Shown here one piece after another: positions 9,608 to 21,036 of a stretch of DNA of 64,000 nucleotides. Under the pieces are notes generated by a model. The model made no database searches. It was not told where the DNA came from and saw only the letters and a list, made by a program, of their open reading frames with translations. Numbering within the stretch: the stretch's first letter is position 1; every line of letters starts with the position of its first letter. The translations under genes and the position numbers were made by a program. This DNA is from Candidatus Heimdallarchaeota archaeon (GTDB lineage: Archaea > Asgardarchaeota > Heimdallarchaeia > Heimdallarchaeales > Kariarchaeaceae): contig JALWRB010000216.1 in assembly GCA_027077875.1 (NCBI GenBank), forward strand, positions 941 to 64,940, in the 5' to 3' direction.

Positions 9608-11122
9608 TTAATTGAATTCGGGAATGTCTTCAGAGGTAAATTCCTCTGTGATCTCTTTATCAGGGAAGGACCATGTACCGTCTCCGTTGGCCCTAGCTCC
9701 TTTCTGATAGTCTTCATGAGGTGTCTCTACGAATGAAAGGAGGATGAAACCTATTACCATTAAGACCATCAGAACGATAATCGCATACCGCGTAGCCCTG
9801 CTTGCAGTGAACCCAAAAAAGATCAGGATATCAATGGAGATTGACCAGACGAATGGACCAATCGCAGCGGATATCCTTCCGAATATGTTGGTGAATCCAA
9901 AATAATTTCCTATCTTCTCTGGTGGGGCCAGTTCATTAATGAATTGGCGTTGGACAACCCAGCTACCTCCAAGTGCGGGTCCCACAAATAGTGGGAAAAC
10001 GAAGACAAGAATGGCAGGTGTACGGATATCACCAATGGTCAGATTTGTGAGAACACCGAGTGTGAGGGCCACCATCCACAGGGAGAAGACAAGAACTAAC
10101 CCTTTTTTCGGACCATGTTTGTCGACAAAGACTCCCACGGGATAGGTGAAGACCACAGCTGAACCAATACCGATAGCGAGTACTATGAGCACAGTGCTCC
10201 CCTCACCGAATTCCAGTCCCACGATGACCATGACGGACATAAAGGCAATCACGGTATTTGCTGCGTCGACAAAAATCAACCAACCAATGAGGAAGAAGAG
10301 CATCTGTCTGTAATTCCAAATCTCCCTCCCAGTCTCCATGACATTGAGGGATACCTGACCCAGAAGCTCATTGGGAGGTACTGGTTCAATCTCGTTGGGT
10401 CTCTCCTTAACAAAGATCATGGGGAGAGCAAAGAGCAAGAACATTGCTGCTGAGACTGGAAATATGTACGGGAGGTAGCCGAAGACAAATAGGTCTGGTT
10501 GACCTTTGACCGGATCTGCTGCTTGAGCGAAGAAGTCCCCGAAAATAGGCTCCAGTGCGAACCCAAGTCCAATTCCTATGAATGATCCGAAGTATCCGAG
10601 CGCCACTCCGAACCCACTCACTTTTCCGATGTTTTCCTTGGTTGTGATGAATGGTAGCATACTGTCATAGACCACCAACCCCATTTGGTAGAAGAGGTTT
10701 GAAAACAGGAATATTGCGAGGACTAGAAAGATGTTTGTCGTGAACGCAGAGGCTATGAGTGAAGCCATAAACGTAATACAGAGCATCGTCAACCACATGA
10801 GCAATGACTTTCGTGATCTCTGCTGATCTGCAAATGCCCCGAGGAAGGGAGAGATCAGTGCCATGATGATGTTCCCTATAAGTAGGGTAGTAGAGATGGC
10901 ATAGTTTCCCTGTCTGATTGCCTCACTCCCTACTCCGAGTTTTTCATAATACATAATGTAGATCAGTGGACCGAGGCTCAAGGAGACAACAACCATCGAG
11001 AAGATGGTGTTTCCAAGATCGTAGAGCGCCCAGTTCAGGACATTCCAGTTAAGCGCCTTGATGCTAGGGAGTTCGATGTCATCCACCATGTCTGGTGCAG
11101 GGTAGGTTTCTTCCATAAACAC
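9608..11122 (-). CDS. MFS transporter, Atg22-like/UMF1 family.
   Basis: About 12 predicted TM helices. N-terminal WALYDLGNTIFS resembles the Atg22-family WxxYDxANSxF motif. Confidence 0.55.
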   Translation of the reverse strand: MFMEETYPAPDMVDDIELPSIKALNWNVLNWALYDLGNTIFSMVVVSLSLGPLIYIMYYEKLGVGSEAIRQGNYAISTTLLIGNIIMALISPFLGAFADQQRSRKSLLMWLTMLCITFMASLIASAFTTNIFLVLAIFLFSNLFYQMGLVVYDSMLPFITTKENIGKVSGFGVALGYFGSFIGIGLGFALEPIFGDFFAQAADPVKGQPDLFVFGYLPYIFPVSAAMFLLFALPMIFVKERPNEIEPVPPNELLGQVSLNVMETGREIWNYRQMLFFLIGWLIFVDAANTVIAFMSVMVIVGLEFGEGSTVLIVLAIGIGSAVVFTYPVGVFVDKHGPKKGLVLVFSLWMVALTLGVLTNLTIGDIRTPAILVFVFPLFVGPALGGSWVVQRQFINELAPPEKIGNYFGFTNIFGRISAAIGPFVWSISIDILIFFGFTASRATRYAIIVLMVLMVIGFILLSFVETPHEDYQKGARANGDGTWSFPDKEITEEFTSEDIPEFN

Positions 11123-11222
11123 ATCATTATAGCGGTTTTTTTGTATCTTTCTTCCTTCAAGTAATAAAACTCAAATCACGCTGGGGTCATTTCTGACCAA
11201 TATACTCTATGAATAAGCTCCC

Positions 11223-12686
11223 TCATTCATCTCTATGACTGTAAAATCTTCTCCGGACTCCAAGAAGGATAATAGGTAGGGCCACCATGGCGATTGAGGA
11301 AAAATCTAGTAGATTCTCCTCCGATGAACTTGGAGTGGCCTGTGATGTGGAGCTGATCGATGATGTAGGGGTAGTTGTTGACGTAGAGGTAGTCGATAAG
11401 GCGGTGCTTTCCACCAGCTTACCGAAATAGACATCCATCTCACCGTCCCTTCCGTCGCTCCAGACTATGTGGGGGACATCATCACTATCAAGCTTTAATG
11501 TGAGATAGTCTCCAGGACGGGTGAACTCCGAAGAGGTTGGTGTCTGCGACACGATGATCTCATCTCCAAAAGTCATGGATGTGGTATTCAGTACCCTGTA
11601 CTTAACCGAATACGTGTCTACACTACTCTGGTCATAGTAGGCCAAGTGCACGTTGCCAACAGAGTCAATTTCTATATCAGGCATCCACTGCTTGTCTTCC
11701 GTGAACTTGTTCACCATTATCCTGCTACTCCACGTATCCCCATAATCATCAGAATAGGAGAGCCAGACGTTGAAATCGTAGCCACCGTAGGTCGTGTTAG
11801 CAGAAGTATCCTCCCACGCTAACCATATCCTACCGGTACTGTCCTGCTCCATTGCTGCAAGGGAGACAACTGCTGGTCGACCACTACTACCTCTGGTGAA
11901 CCAAGACCCATTAGACGCACTGTTGATATCAACCGGGTCTTTCCATGTCTTCCCGTTGTCCTCCGATCGGGTGAAGAAGATCTCAGACTTCTCAGGGGTG
12001 TCCCCAAGATAGGTGACCGCCAAGTATAGGTTATCATTTGACCTGTCAGGGAGAATGTATGGTCCCACGTAAGAGCCATTCAGAACGAGTGTGGTGTCAT
12101 TGAACGAATCTCCTCCATCCACAGAGGTAGACAACTTGACAAGAACATTAGACACAATGTCATCATATGCCAGATAGATAGTACCGTCGGAGTCTATTGC
12201 AAAAGTCTCCTTGTCCGCGAACCCACTGGCATTAGTAGCGGATACTAAGTTCCAGCTACTCCCATAGGTATTGGAAGTCGCCATGGTCATTTGGGAGTAC
12301 TCGTAACCCGCTTCGAGATAGAGGAAGTAGAGTGTGTTATTGAAGTAGTGCATCCACGGATCTGACTGAATACTCAGATCTGAGGTGTTGAAATATGGCA
12401 TCTCCACCGGAGGGAAGAATGTTTCCCCATCATCATCCGAGAAGACATAGGATACTCTCTCACCACCTCCATCGAATGTGTAAGCATTCTTGAACCCAAT
12501 GAAGACCTCACCTTGATCTCCAAGCGTCATGGTAGGCTCGACCTGATGCAAGTAGTTCATCTCGTCTGTTGAGACAAGGACGTTGGTGAAGACCAGAATT
12601 GGATCGGGATTCTCTTCACCAATTGTCTGACTTGGGATAAGTGTCCCCATGAGAATTAGAATTCCTAAGAAGGCAGCAAATCGCAT
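11223..12686 (-). CDS. Secreted BNR/Asp-box repeat protein (sialidase/glycosidase-like beta-propeller) with a C-terminal Ser/Thr-rich linker and TM anchor.
   Basis: Asp-box motifs SDDDGETF, SVDGGDSF, SEDNGKTW and SDDYGDTW. Signal peptide. C-terminus STTSTSTTTPTSS...MVALPIILLGVRRRF. Confidence 0.7.
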   Translation of the reverse strand: MRFAAFLGILILMGTLIPSQTIGEENPDPILVFTNVLVSTDEMNYLHQVEPTMTLGDQGEVFIGFKNAYTFDGGGERVSYVFSDDDGETFFPPVEMPYFNTSDLSIQSDPWMHYFNNTLYFLYLEAGYEYSQMTMATSNTYGSSWNLVSATNASGFADKETFAIDSDGTIYLAYDDIVSNVLVKLSTSVDGGDSFNDTTLVLNGSYVGPYILPDRSNDNLYLAVTYLGDTPEKSEIFFTRSEDNGKTWKDPVDINSASNGSWFTRGSSGRPAVVSLAAMEQDSTGRIWLAWEDTSANTTYGGYDFNVWLSYSDDYGDTWSSRIMVNKFTEDKQWMPDIEIDSVGNVHLAYYDQSSVDTYSVKYRVLNTTSMTFGDEIIVSQTPTSSEFTRPGDYLTLKLDSDDVPHIVWSDGRDGEMDVYFGKLVESTALSTTSTSTTTPTSSISSTSQATPSSSEENLLDFSSIAMVALPIILLGVRRRFYSHRDE

Positions 12687-12738
12687 AGAGAAAAATGATA
12701 CTGGGGCATTAATAAACTCATGACTTCCTTGTGTGGTT

Positions 12739-13344
12739 TTATGAGTTATACTTTTTCATCATTTTGATAGTCAGGAGGTCTACTTCCTTACCTCGATCCT
12801 GCAGGACTCTTATGATGTTCTCTCTCTCCTCTACACTCATATTCTGACCGAACTTGATCTTCATCGTTACTTCCTCTGGTCTGACTGCCAGCACTGCAAC
12901 TCCCTGCAGGGCGTTTTTGTATATCGGGTTATCTGCTGAAATCGTTATGAACCTCCCTTCTGGCTGGTATTTCCTCATCATGGCATCAAGGGCTGCAGCC
13001 TTCTCCTCAACCGATTCCACAATCTCTAATCTTCCTCTGATGTGAAGGGATTTGAAGAACTGTGTGGCTGGACAGGCATACTTTTCGCTTTTGAAGTACG
13101 ATGGGATATAGGAATAGGGTACACTCACACTGAATGTGGCCTTGGGATTTGACTTGGCAAGCTCGAACTTTTCCCCACTATTCGCACCGTGGACATATAT
13201 CGACCCTTTGAAAGAGACAAAGTTGAGGGGTACGATCCGTGGAAAACCCTTCTTGTCTACGATCCCGAGATGTCCATCCAGTGCCGTCGAGGTGATTTCA
13301 TCATACTCCTCCACACTGTCGCTGCTGAATTCCGATCTTCTCAT
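12739..13344 (-). CDS. Pyridoxamine 5'-phosphate oxidase-like, NimA-like FMN-binding split-barrel protein.
   Basis: About 200 aa. The pattern GFPRIVPLNFV...GSIYVHGANSGEKF is typical of the PNPOx-like fold. Family assignment is by resemblance only. Confidence 0.45.
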   Translation of the reverse strand: MRRSEFSSDSVEEYDEITSTALDGHLGIVDKKGFPRIVPLNFVSFKGSIYVHGANSGEKFELAKSNPKATFSVSVPYSYIPSYFKSEKYACPATQFFKSLHIRGRLEIVESVEEKAAALDAMMRKYQPEGRFITISADNPIYKNALQGVAVLAVRPEEVTMKIKFGQNMSVEERENIIRVLQDRGKEVDLLTIKMMKKYNS

Positions 13345-13449
13345 AATCTCACTATGTGTTCAATCCTAATGAGGGTTGCCATCTCCTAAGCAACCAGACC
13401 TACTGGAGTATATCTTGTGAGTTCTCAATAACTGGATGGGAAGGAAGAC

Positions 13450-14625
13450 TCAGTAGGCGATAAAGAGTTTTGATCTCCTAAAACGTTTATTCAAGTAAAG
13501 AACCATGACCAAAGTAAATAGCAAAAGCACAGGTCTGAATATTCTGAATGGGTCTGGGTTATTTACATAGGGTTGGTTAAGGAAACCAAGGGGGTAGATC
13601 GTCATTCCAAAAAGTGATGAAATGAAAAGGAGGATTGGGCTGATCCACATGATGATACTCCTCTTCCGTACTATATCCAGAAGAAGTACATGAATAAATA
13701 AGAATACAACATAAGTCAAGGCAATGTAGAGAAACGCTGGGAGATAGATAGTAGGGATATATTCAAACCCAGCAAAATCACCTCTCTTTCCAATTATAAT
13801 TGGTAAATTCAAATATGTCATAAATGCAAGGTGAACAGACATGTAGACAATCATCCTTGCTTTGTATTGCTCTAATGCATTAATCGGATAGACTGAGTAC
13901 ATCATTACCCTAGAAGTCTTTGATGTCCTACCCGATGTCAGTGCTACAAGGAAAATTGAAAATAATAGGATAGAGTTAGGGTTAATCACAGATTGGATGA
14001 CTGAATAAATATGGAAATCCCATGAGTAGAAATATACTCTTTCAATATTTTTTGTTAGCAATTCTGGATGTCCAGTATCCCACAATAAGGGAATACTAAG
14101 GATTACCAATATAACAAATGGTCGAATTTTTAGACTCTGAACTTCGTCTTTGATATAATCGGGGATATTTCTGGTTCTCCAAAACTGCTCAATAAGGATT
14201 GCTCCCATCAGTAGGGACACCGAGATACCCAAATATATGAAAAATGCATAACTAATGCCCTCACTATATACCTTATAATAACCACTTGATACCTCATTTG
14301 ACCAAATTTGTATAGCTACTGTACTAGAAGAATTCATCTTGAATGACATAGTAACATCTTGAGTGACAACTTTACTTATATTCACAAACCCATCTACTTG
14401 GATGTAATCACTGATCTTCATAGAAACATTCCCTGTAAAATCAGTAATATCGATGTTAATGGTTTCACCAATCCTGCTACGAACAAGTATTAACCGATTA
14501 TAGTTCTCTTCTGGAAATTCAAGTGAGTCATCATAGAAGGTCTCATTCTGAATAAATCCTGTTGAAAGGATCATTAAAGAAATACCGAAAATCATAGAAA
14601 TTTTGGATATATTGTTCATATTCAT
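13450..14625 (-). CDS. ABC-2 type transporter permease subunit.
   Basis: N-terminal TM, a large extracytoplasmic domain, then a C-terminal multi-TM bundle. Last gene of an operon with ATPase 15816..16706. Confidence 0.5.
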   Translation of the reverse strand: MNMNNISKISMIFGISLMILSTGFIQNETFYDDSLEFPEENYNRLILVRSRIGETINIDITDFTGNVSMKISDYIQVDGFVNISKVVTQDVTMSFKMNSSSTVAIQIWSNEVSSGYYKVYSEGISYAFFIYLGISVSLLMGAILIEQFWRTRNIPDYIKDEVQSLKIRPFVILVILSIPLLWDTGHPELLTKNIERVYFYSWDFHIYSVIQSVINPNSILLFSIFLVALTSGRTSKTSRVMMYSVYPINALEQYKARMIVYMSVHLAFMTYLNLPIIIGKRGDFAGFEYIPTIYLPAFLYIALTYVVFLFIHVLLLDIVRKRSIIMWISPILLFISSLFGMTIYPLGFLNQPYVNNPDPFRIFRPVLLLFTLVMVLYLNKRFRRSKLFIAY

Positions 14626-15815
14626 TAGTAAACCTCCGATTGAATGTACTTCCTAAAGCTGAAGGTGTATATTGGTATCGATAGTAACAAAGGGAATAAT
14701 GTATCAAAATATCCCTGCGTTCCATCTAAGAAATCTCTGAAAATTGTTAATGCAAGTGTTGGAATGTGTACTACCGATTCAAGAAGTGCTTCTGATAGGT
14801 ATCCGACTGCAAATACGACCATTTCCAATTTTCTAGAGAAGAATAAGATAACTGAAAATATTGATAAATGAAACGTTACCGCCCCAATCAAGACTGCGAT
14901 GACTGAAATAATACTTGTCCAATCCCTGATAGAATAGGGATATGCAAGGAAGAGGTGAAAGAAGATGATGTAATAGTAAACAAAGACCTGGGATAATATG
15001 AGACTTATATTCTTCAAAGCATATAGAATTCGATAGAGAAAGGTGTATTCTTTACCTCGATAGGTGATCCATTGTTCTCTCACGGAGTCTACATCTCTAG
15101 TAAGATAGAGTGATCCAAGGAAAATAAGTAGTGACCAATAGATTCCACTGAAAATAAACCCTCTAAACATAATCTCAGACAACATCATCTGGTACACTTC
15201 CTCATACTCAATGAAATTCGGGATCCTATAGCTAAAAATAGCGATTGAAAAGATCACTGGGACTCCGGTTTCGAGAAAGTCTAAATTACCCCTTTTCCCA
15301 TAAAAAATGAATTTTGATTGTCCTCTACCACGAAACCACCACCACAGTATTGATACAGTTAGTATTATTGATGCACTAGCCAAATAGGGAAAACTTATTT
15401 TCAGTAGAACAAGATTTTCAACCTCGACCTCAAATGATAGGGAAAAAGTCATAGCTCTAATTCCAGTAGTGTTGTAATTTGGAATAGCATTGATGATTAG
15501 TATTCCACCATTGGTAATACTCAACTTAAATGAATATGGTCTTACCTCCCCATTACGGGTCAGATTCCTTGAAAGTAAAGATATCGTTTGGTTATCCACT
15601 GATCTTACTGTCAGTACCAAAATGTATGTGGCGTTTGTAGTGACTATACCCTTAATCAAGCTACCTCGGTAAACTGGAATAGTATCTTGAACAGTGTAGT
15701 CCAAGGAACTCTTTTCATTTGTATAATTAAGAAGATCTCTGTTATTCCCAACAATCAGGGTTGCAGCCAACAGAACAAAAATGAATCCTGTAGATACTCT
15801 TGCCAAGACGTTCAT
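14625..15815 (-). CDS. ABC-2 type transporter permease subunit.
   Basis: Same architecture as the neighbouring permease. Its start overlaps the ATPase stop and its stop overlaps the next permease start. Confidence 0.5.
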   Translation of the reverse strand: MNVLARVSTGFIFVLLAATLIVGNNRDLLNYTNEKSSLDYTVQDTIPVYRGSLIKGIVTTNATYILVLTVRSVDNQTISLLSRNLTRNGEVRPYSFKLSITNGGILIINAIPNYNTTGIRAMTFSLSFEVEVENLVLLKISFPYLASASIILTVSILWWWFRGRGQSKFIFYGKRGNLDFLETGVPVIFSIAIFSYRIPNFIEYEEVYQMMLSEIMFRGFIFSGIYWSLLIFLGSLYLTRDVDSVREQWITYRGKEYTFLYRILYALKNISLILSQVFVYYYIIFFHLFLAYPYSIRDWTSIISVIAVLIGAVTFHLSIFSVILFFSRKLEMVVFAVGYLSEALLESVVHIPTLALTIFRDFLDGTQGYFDTLFPLLLSIPIYTFSFRKYIQSEVY

Positions 15816-16706
15816 CTATTCCTCACCTCCCACTATTTCGACGAATATCTGTTCTAGAAGGCTCCTTCTTGGAGTTAGGGTGTATTTATTCAGTTTTGAA
15901 ATTTGATCCTTATCTCTCAACCTGAACTCAATGAGTGTTCCTTTCTGTTTTATTCTCTCTACTCCCACTTTATTTAACTCGTCAAGGATTTTCCCCTCAT
16001 CTTCTTCCTCTACCTTAATAGAATAGTCTCTAATAAATTGAGTTTTCATTAGCTCTTTCATTGTGTGGTGGGCTTTTATTTTTCCTTCATGTAGGAAGAC
16101 AACCTCGTCGCATATTCTCTCCAGATCATGGAGGATATGGCTTAGGATCATAACGTGCATGTCTTTGGTGAGGGCAAGTTCCTGTAAATATTCGAGGATA
16201 TCACTTCGGGCCCTGACGTCCAAGTTAGCCGTAGGTTCATCCAATAGTACGTACTTTGGGTGACCAATTATCGCTACTGCAATAGCATATTTTTGTTTCA
16301 TTCCAGCTGAGAGAGTTTTGAAAACTGAATCCTTTCTACTAAAGAGATCGAATTTTTTCAATAATTGCTCAGCTTCTTTTCTTGCATCGTCTTCGGATAA
16401 TCCCCTTAATTTTGCAACGAATTTTAGATGACTTCCGATAGTACTCCAGTCTGGGAAATCGGGTCTTTCGAACATCACCCCTACTCTCTTTAACACTTCA
16501 TTTCTCTCAGAGATGACGTCCATAGCATCAACAGTAATCTTACCAGTAACAGATCTTCTTAAGGCAAGAATTAGGTTAACAAGTGTAGACTTTCCTGCTC
16601 CATTTTGACCGATTAACCCTGTTATTTTTCCTGCAAATTTCACGGAAAAGTTCTCGAATATTTGGTGAGAACCATATGAAAAGTTAATATTTGAGACTTC
16701 TATCAT
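15816..16706 (-). CDS. ABC transporter ATP-binding protein.
   Basis: Walker A GQNGAGKST; ABC signature LSAGMKQK; Walker B VLLDEPT. Confidence 0.85.
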   Translation of the reverse strand: MIEVSNINFSYGSHQIFENFSVKFAGKITGLIGQNGAGKSTLVNLILALRRSVTGKITVDAMDVISERNEVLKRVGVMFERPDFPDWSTIGSHLKFVAKLRGLSEDDARKEAEQLLKKFDLFSRKDSVFKTLSAGMKQKYAIAVAIIGHPKYVLLDEPTANLDVRARSDILEYLQELALTKDMHVMILSHILHDLERICDEVVFLHEGKIKAHHTMKELMKTQFIRDYSIKVEEEDEGKILDELNKVGVERIKQKGTLIEFRLRDKDQISKLNKYTLTPRRSLLEQIFVEIVGGEE

Positions 16707-16775
16707 GTATTATTTTTCCAACTAATTCACAAGTAATAAACGTTATCTTTATTTATTCAAAAAAAAATCTAATCA

Positions 16776-17444
16776 ATGGCGAGAAAAAGTCATATCTTGA
16801 AGAGTATCAGTATCATTTTACTGATCAACGTCTTGCTTGTTACCTTGAGCTCTACTTCTGCGCTAGGGTGGGTAACAGTGAAGAATGGTACATTCTCAGG
16901 AATGTATGAAGATGAATACAATAGAGTTGAGAGTGGTAATTCGGTTCTCACTGCTTCAACACCGACAGGTACCACAATTAAGGTATATGCAAAGGGGAAG
17001 AATAACTGGTTTACACCTGGTGAAGCAAGTATTAATCAAGTTTATGACACTGCAGTTCCAGGTAATGACTATGAGTACTCTGGCAAATCAGGTAAGATTT
17101 ATCAATCCTATGTCACGTATAATTTGAAAGCAGATCTTTCTGGATCCAATAAGTACATTAAGGTGACTGTAAAATTGTATTACAATGATGCAGTTGGACA
17201 ACAGGTTCTCGCAGAATATTCAAGAACATACACTTCATCTATTAGTAGTACAACATCTTACACAATTTATTCAGGATCAGGTCAATTGAGTGCGAATAGG
17301 GGCCTTTACGTCGAAGTAACAGTCAGAGTTTATGCTAGGTCTGTGTATGGGCAATCCACATCAATAGTGGAAATGAATGACGGAAGCAACCAATTGACAC
17401 TTACTGGATGGGCTATCCAAGAATACTATTCAGGAATAAATTAG
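16776..17444 (+). CDS. Secreted hypothetical protein.
   Basis: Signal peptide, then a Ser/Thr/Tyr-rich beta-rich sequence. No recognisable domain. Confidence 0.4.
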   Translation: MARKSHILKSISIILLINVLLVTLSSTSALGWVTVKNGTFSGMYEDEYNRVESGNSVLTASTPTGTTIKVYAKGKNNWFTPGEASINQVYDTAVPGNDYEYSGKSGKIYQSYVTYNLKADLSGSNKYIKVTVKLYYNDAVGQQVLAEYSRTYTSSISSTTSYTIYSGSGQLSANRGLYVEVTVRVYARSVYGQSTSIVEMNDGSNQLTLTGWAIQEYYSGIN

Positions 17445-17579
17445 GTATCTCTCCTTCCAAGGACCAATTGTGAATTAAATTCAGATACAGTAGAATCAAA
17501 ACCCCTATCAAGCAAATGTGCATTTCTTTTACGGTTCAATGGTTCTATTAAAGAATGGGTTGGAATGACATAGCTTCAT

Positions 17580-19601
17580 ATGGAACCACCTATTGCGAGG
17601 AAGGATCGAAAGGAAATATTGATCCACGGTAAGACACTGATTGATGACTACCACTACATGAGGAACAAGGACTCTGAGGAGGTTCTGAATTACCTCAAAG
17701 CTGAGAATGCATATTCTGAGGAACAGTTAGCGCACACGAAAGACCTTCAGGATACCCTCTTCCAAGAGATGAAATCGAGGATTAACGAGACCGACCAAAG
17801 TCATCCTTACAGGTGGGGAGACTACTACTACTATACGAGAACAGAAGAGGGGAAAAACTATCCCATCTACTGCAGAAGAAAGACCCTGGATGCAGACGAG
17901 GAGGTCTTTCTCGATGTGAACGAGCTTGCAGAGGGCAAGGACTTCTGCAGAGTTGGAGACATCGGCTTCGATAGTGGTCACAATATCTTGATGTACTCAG
18001 TGGACTTCTCCGGATACGAGACCTACGACATCGTGTTTAAGGATCTGAGAACGGGACAGATCCTTGAGGAGAAGATCTCTGGCGTAGGTGGAGACTTTGT
18101 CGTGGTCCGTGATTACCTCTACTATAACGAGCTCGATGAGATCCACAGAACATACACTGTCAGAAGGCACAAGCTAGGAGACAAAGACTCAAATGATGAT
18201 GAATTGTTCAGAGAGGACGACAACCGATTCTTCATTTACCAGTATCCAAGTCGGGACAAGAAATTCCTCTTGGTCTTTGCCAATGGTCCAGACACCACAA
18301 CGGCATACTACATTGACCTAGAGAACGGTGGTCCCATAACTCCATTCCAAGGGAGGAAGGAAGGTGAGGAGTTCATCATCGATCACCACGAAGGATACTT
18401 TTACTTCACGACCAATCGGGATGCCAAGAATTACAAACTCTGTAAGACTCCGGTTACAGATACCTCAGAGGAGAACTGGTCAGTACTCCTTGATCACGAT
18501 CTGAATCGTAAGGTCGAGACTCCAAGTTGCTTCAAGGATTATATGGTTGTCTTCGTCAGAAAAGGTGGGTTCCGGTCAATTCTGTACTTGAATTATACAG
18601 ATGAGAGTTTTGAGGAAGTTAATCTTCCCGAAAAGATTTACGGCATTTTCCCTTCCGAAGCGAACAAGCTGTATGATACTCAAACTTACAGGTTCCACTA
18701 CTCCTCACTGATCACACCTATGTCCGAGATGGAGGTGAATTTCTCAACTGGAGCAGTTAAGACGTTGAAAACAGATGTAGTTAACAACTTCAACAGGGAT
18801 GACTATGCTTCAGAACGCCTTTATGCAGAGGCAGAGGACGGGACTAAGATTCCCATCTCTATGGCGTACAAGAAAGATGTTAAATTTGATGGGACTGCAC
18901 CATTGCTCCTCTATGGGTATGGATCCTATGGCGCCAGTATAGATCCGTACTTCGACGCCAAGAGACTGAGCCTTCTCGACCGTGGTATCATCTACTGCAT
19001 AGCACATATACGTGGTGGAGGAGAGCTTGGAAGACTGTGGTATGAGAATGGCAAACTCGCGAAGAAGATGAACACCTTCAAGGACTTCATCGCTAGTGCA
19101 GAGTACCTCATCGAGAACAAATACACAAGCAAGGACAGGATTGCTATCTGGGGTGGTAGTGCTGGTGGTCTTCTAATTGGTGCAACAATCAATCTAAGAC
19201 CCGATCTCTTCAAGGCAGCAATTGCTCAGGTTCCATTTGTCGATGTGATCAACACCATGATGGACGATTCCATACCCCTCACGACATTCGAGTACAAGGA
19301 ATGGGGTAATCCTAATATTGAGACAGAGTTTGAGTGGATGTATGAGTACTCACCCTACGACAATGTCAGTGACAAGGAGTACCCCAATCTCCTCATCACT
19401 GGAGGATTGAATGATCCCCGTGTTCACGTCTGGGAACCTGCTAAATGGGCAGCCAAACTCCGTGATCACTGGAAGGGTTCGAACAAGCTTCTGGTTAAGA
19501 TCAATATGGGAGCTGGACACTCCGGTGCATCTGGAAGATATGACTATATGAAGGAGACTGCATTCTATTATGCCTTCATCATCGACAACATCATGTCGTA
19601 G
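17580..19601 (+). CDS. S9A prolyl oligopeptidase family peptidase, oligopeptidase B-like.
   Basis: 673 aa with an N-terminal propeller-like region. Catalytic GGSAGG serine motif, and C-terminal Asp/His region (GGLNDPRV...GAGHSG). Confidence 0.8.
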   Translation: MEPPIARKDRKEILIHGKTLIDDYHYMRNKDSEEVLNYLKAENAYSEEQLAHTKDLQDTLFQEMKSRINETDQSHPYRWGDYYYYTRTEEGKNYPIYCRRKTLDADEEVFLDVNELAEGKDFCRVGDIGFDSGHNILMYSVDFSGYETYDIVFKDLRTGQILEEKISGVGGDFVVVRDYLYYNELDEIHRTYTVRRHKLGDKDSNDDELFREDDNRFFIYQYPSRDKKFLLVFANGPDTTTAYYIDLENGGPITPFQGRKEGEEFIIDHHEGYFYFTTNRDAKNYKLCKTPVTDTSEENWSVLLDHDLNRKVETPSCFKDYMVVFVRKGGFRSILYLNYTDESFEEVNLPEKIYGIFPSEANKLYDTQTYRFHYSSLITPMSEMEVNFSTGAVKTLKTDVVNNFNRDDYASERLYAEAEDGTKIPISMAYKKDVKFDGTAPLLLYGYGSYGASIDPYFDAKRLSLLDRGIIYCIAHIRGGGELGRLWYENGKLAKKMNTFKDFIASAEYLIENKYTSKDRIAIWGGSAGGLLIGATINLRPDLFKAAIAQVPFVDVINTMMDDSIPLTTFEYKEWGNPNIETEFEWMYEYSPYDNVSDKEYPNLLITGGLNDPRVHVWEPAKWAAKLRDHWKGSNKLLVKINMGAGHSGASGRYDYMKETAFYYAFIIDNIMS

Positions 19602-19655
19602 CGGGAATTAACAATGTATTGCAATCTTTTTAACGAAATAATTATTCTCTAAGAT

Positions 19656-20894
19656 TTAGCTGATCAGCTTCTCTTTCAGCCTTCTGTCTAACTCATCCAT
19701 GAATTCTTGAGTCGTTAACCATGTGCTCCTGTCAGGGTTAAGGGTTCCATGAATCGATCGAGCTAGGTCCTTGGTCATCTTCCCGTCCTCGATTGCCTCA
19801 ACACATACCTTCTCAAGGGTCTCAGCGAAGTTGACTAGCTTGTCGTTACCGTCAAGCTTACCTCTGTGCTTCAGACCTATTGTCCATGCAAAGATTGATG
19901 CAACAGGGTTTGTGGAGGTCTCCTTACCCTGTTGGTGCTGCCTGTAGTGTCTGGTAACTGTCCCGTGAGCTGCCTCTGCTTCAAGTGTCTTACCGTCAGG
20001 GCAGACGAGCTGCGATGTCATCATCCCGAGTGAGCCAAAACCCTGTGCAACGGTGTCGGACTGGACATCACCGTCATAGTTCTTAAGTGCCCACACAAAT
20101 CCTCCATCCCACTTCAGCACCTGCGCAACCATATCGTCGATGAGCCTGTGCTCATAGGTCAGTCCCTTCTTCTCGAATTCCTCCTTGAACTCGTTGTCAA
20201 AGACCTCTTGGAAGAGATCCCTGAACCTGCCATCGTAGGCCTTGAGGATGGTGTTCTTGGTCGAGAGGTACAGTGGATAGTTGTTGTCAAGAGCTACCCT
20301 CATTGAGGCCCTTGCAAAGTCCCTAATGGAGTCATCCTGATTGTACATAGTCATGGCAACTCCACCGTGCTCTGGGAACTGGTGAACTTCCCACTCCTTC
20401 TTTTCCCCATCTGCTCCTTCGAAGACCATCTTGAGTACACCTGCTCCTCCAATCTTCACGTCGGTAGCTTTGTACTGGTCACCAAAGGCGTGCCTTCCGA
20501 CAATAATTGGCTTGGTCCAAGCGGGAACCAATCTGGGGATGTTCTTGCAGACAATAGGTGCCCTGAAAATCGTACCACCGAGAATGTTCCTTATCGTACC
20601 GTTTGGTGACTTCCACATCTTCTTGAGGTTAAACTCCTCAACTCGTGCCTCATCGGGTGTGATGGTTGCACATTTAATTCCTACATTGTACTTCTTGATA
20701 GCGTTAGCAGCATCGATTGTGACCTGATCATCAGTCTCGTCCCTGTGCTGAACAGAGAGATCATAGTACTTAAGGTCGATATCTAGATAGGGAAGGATAA
20801 GTTTGTCCTTAATCCACTGCCAGATGATTCTGGTCATCTCATCTCCGTCGAGTTCCACAACTGGGTTCTCGACTTTTATTTTCTCAAATGCCAT
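19656..20894 (-). CDS. icd: NADP-dependent isocitrate dehydrogenase, eukaryotic-type subfamily II.
   Basis: 412 aa. The N-terminus [21 protein letters not shown] and [10 protein letters not shown] are typical of IDH1/IDH2-type enzymes. Confidence 0.85.
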   Translation of the reverse strand: MAFEKIKVENPVVELDGDEMTRIIWQWIKDKLILPYLDIDLKYYDLSVQHRDETDDQVTIDAANAIKKYNVGIKCATITPDEARVEEFNLKKMWKSPNGTIRNILGGTIFRAPIVCKNIPRLVPAWTKPIIVGRHAFGDQYKATDVKIGGAGVLKMVFEGADGEKKEWEVHQFPEHGGVAMTMYNQDDSIRDFARASMRVALDNNYPLYLSTKNTILKAYDGRFRDLFQEVFDNEFKEEFEKKGLTYEHRLIDDMVAQVLKWDGGFVWALKNYDGDVQSDTVAQGFGSLGMMTSQLVCPDGKTLEAEAAHGTVTRHYRQHQQGKETSTNPVASIFAWTIGLKHRGKLDGNDKLVNFAETLEKVCVEAIEDGKMTKDLARSIHGTLNPDRSTWLTTQEFMDELDRRLKEKLIS

Positions 20895-21036
20895 TAGTCA
20901 GAGAATCTACCCCTTCATTATAATAGATTCTCATCAATTACACACCTACCTTTCCAGAATGTAGGTGTATAAAAATGAATGAATACCACTCATATTAAGT
21001 ATATTTTCACAATTATCTACCAAATTTTTTAAGCAT

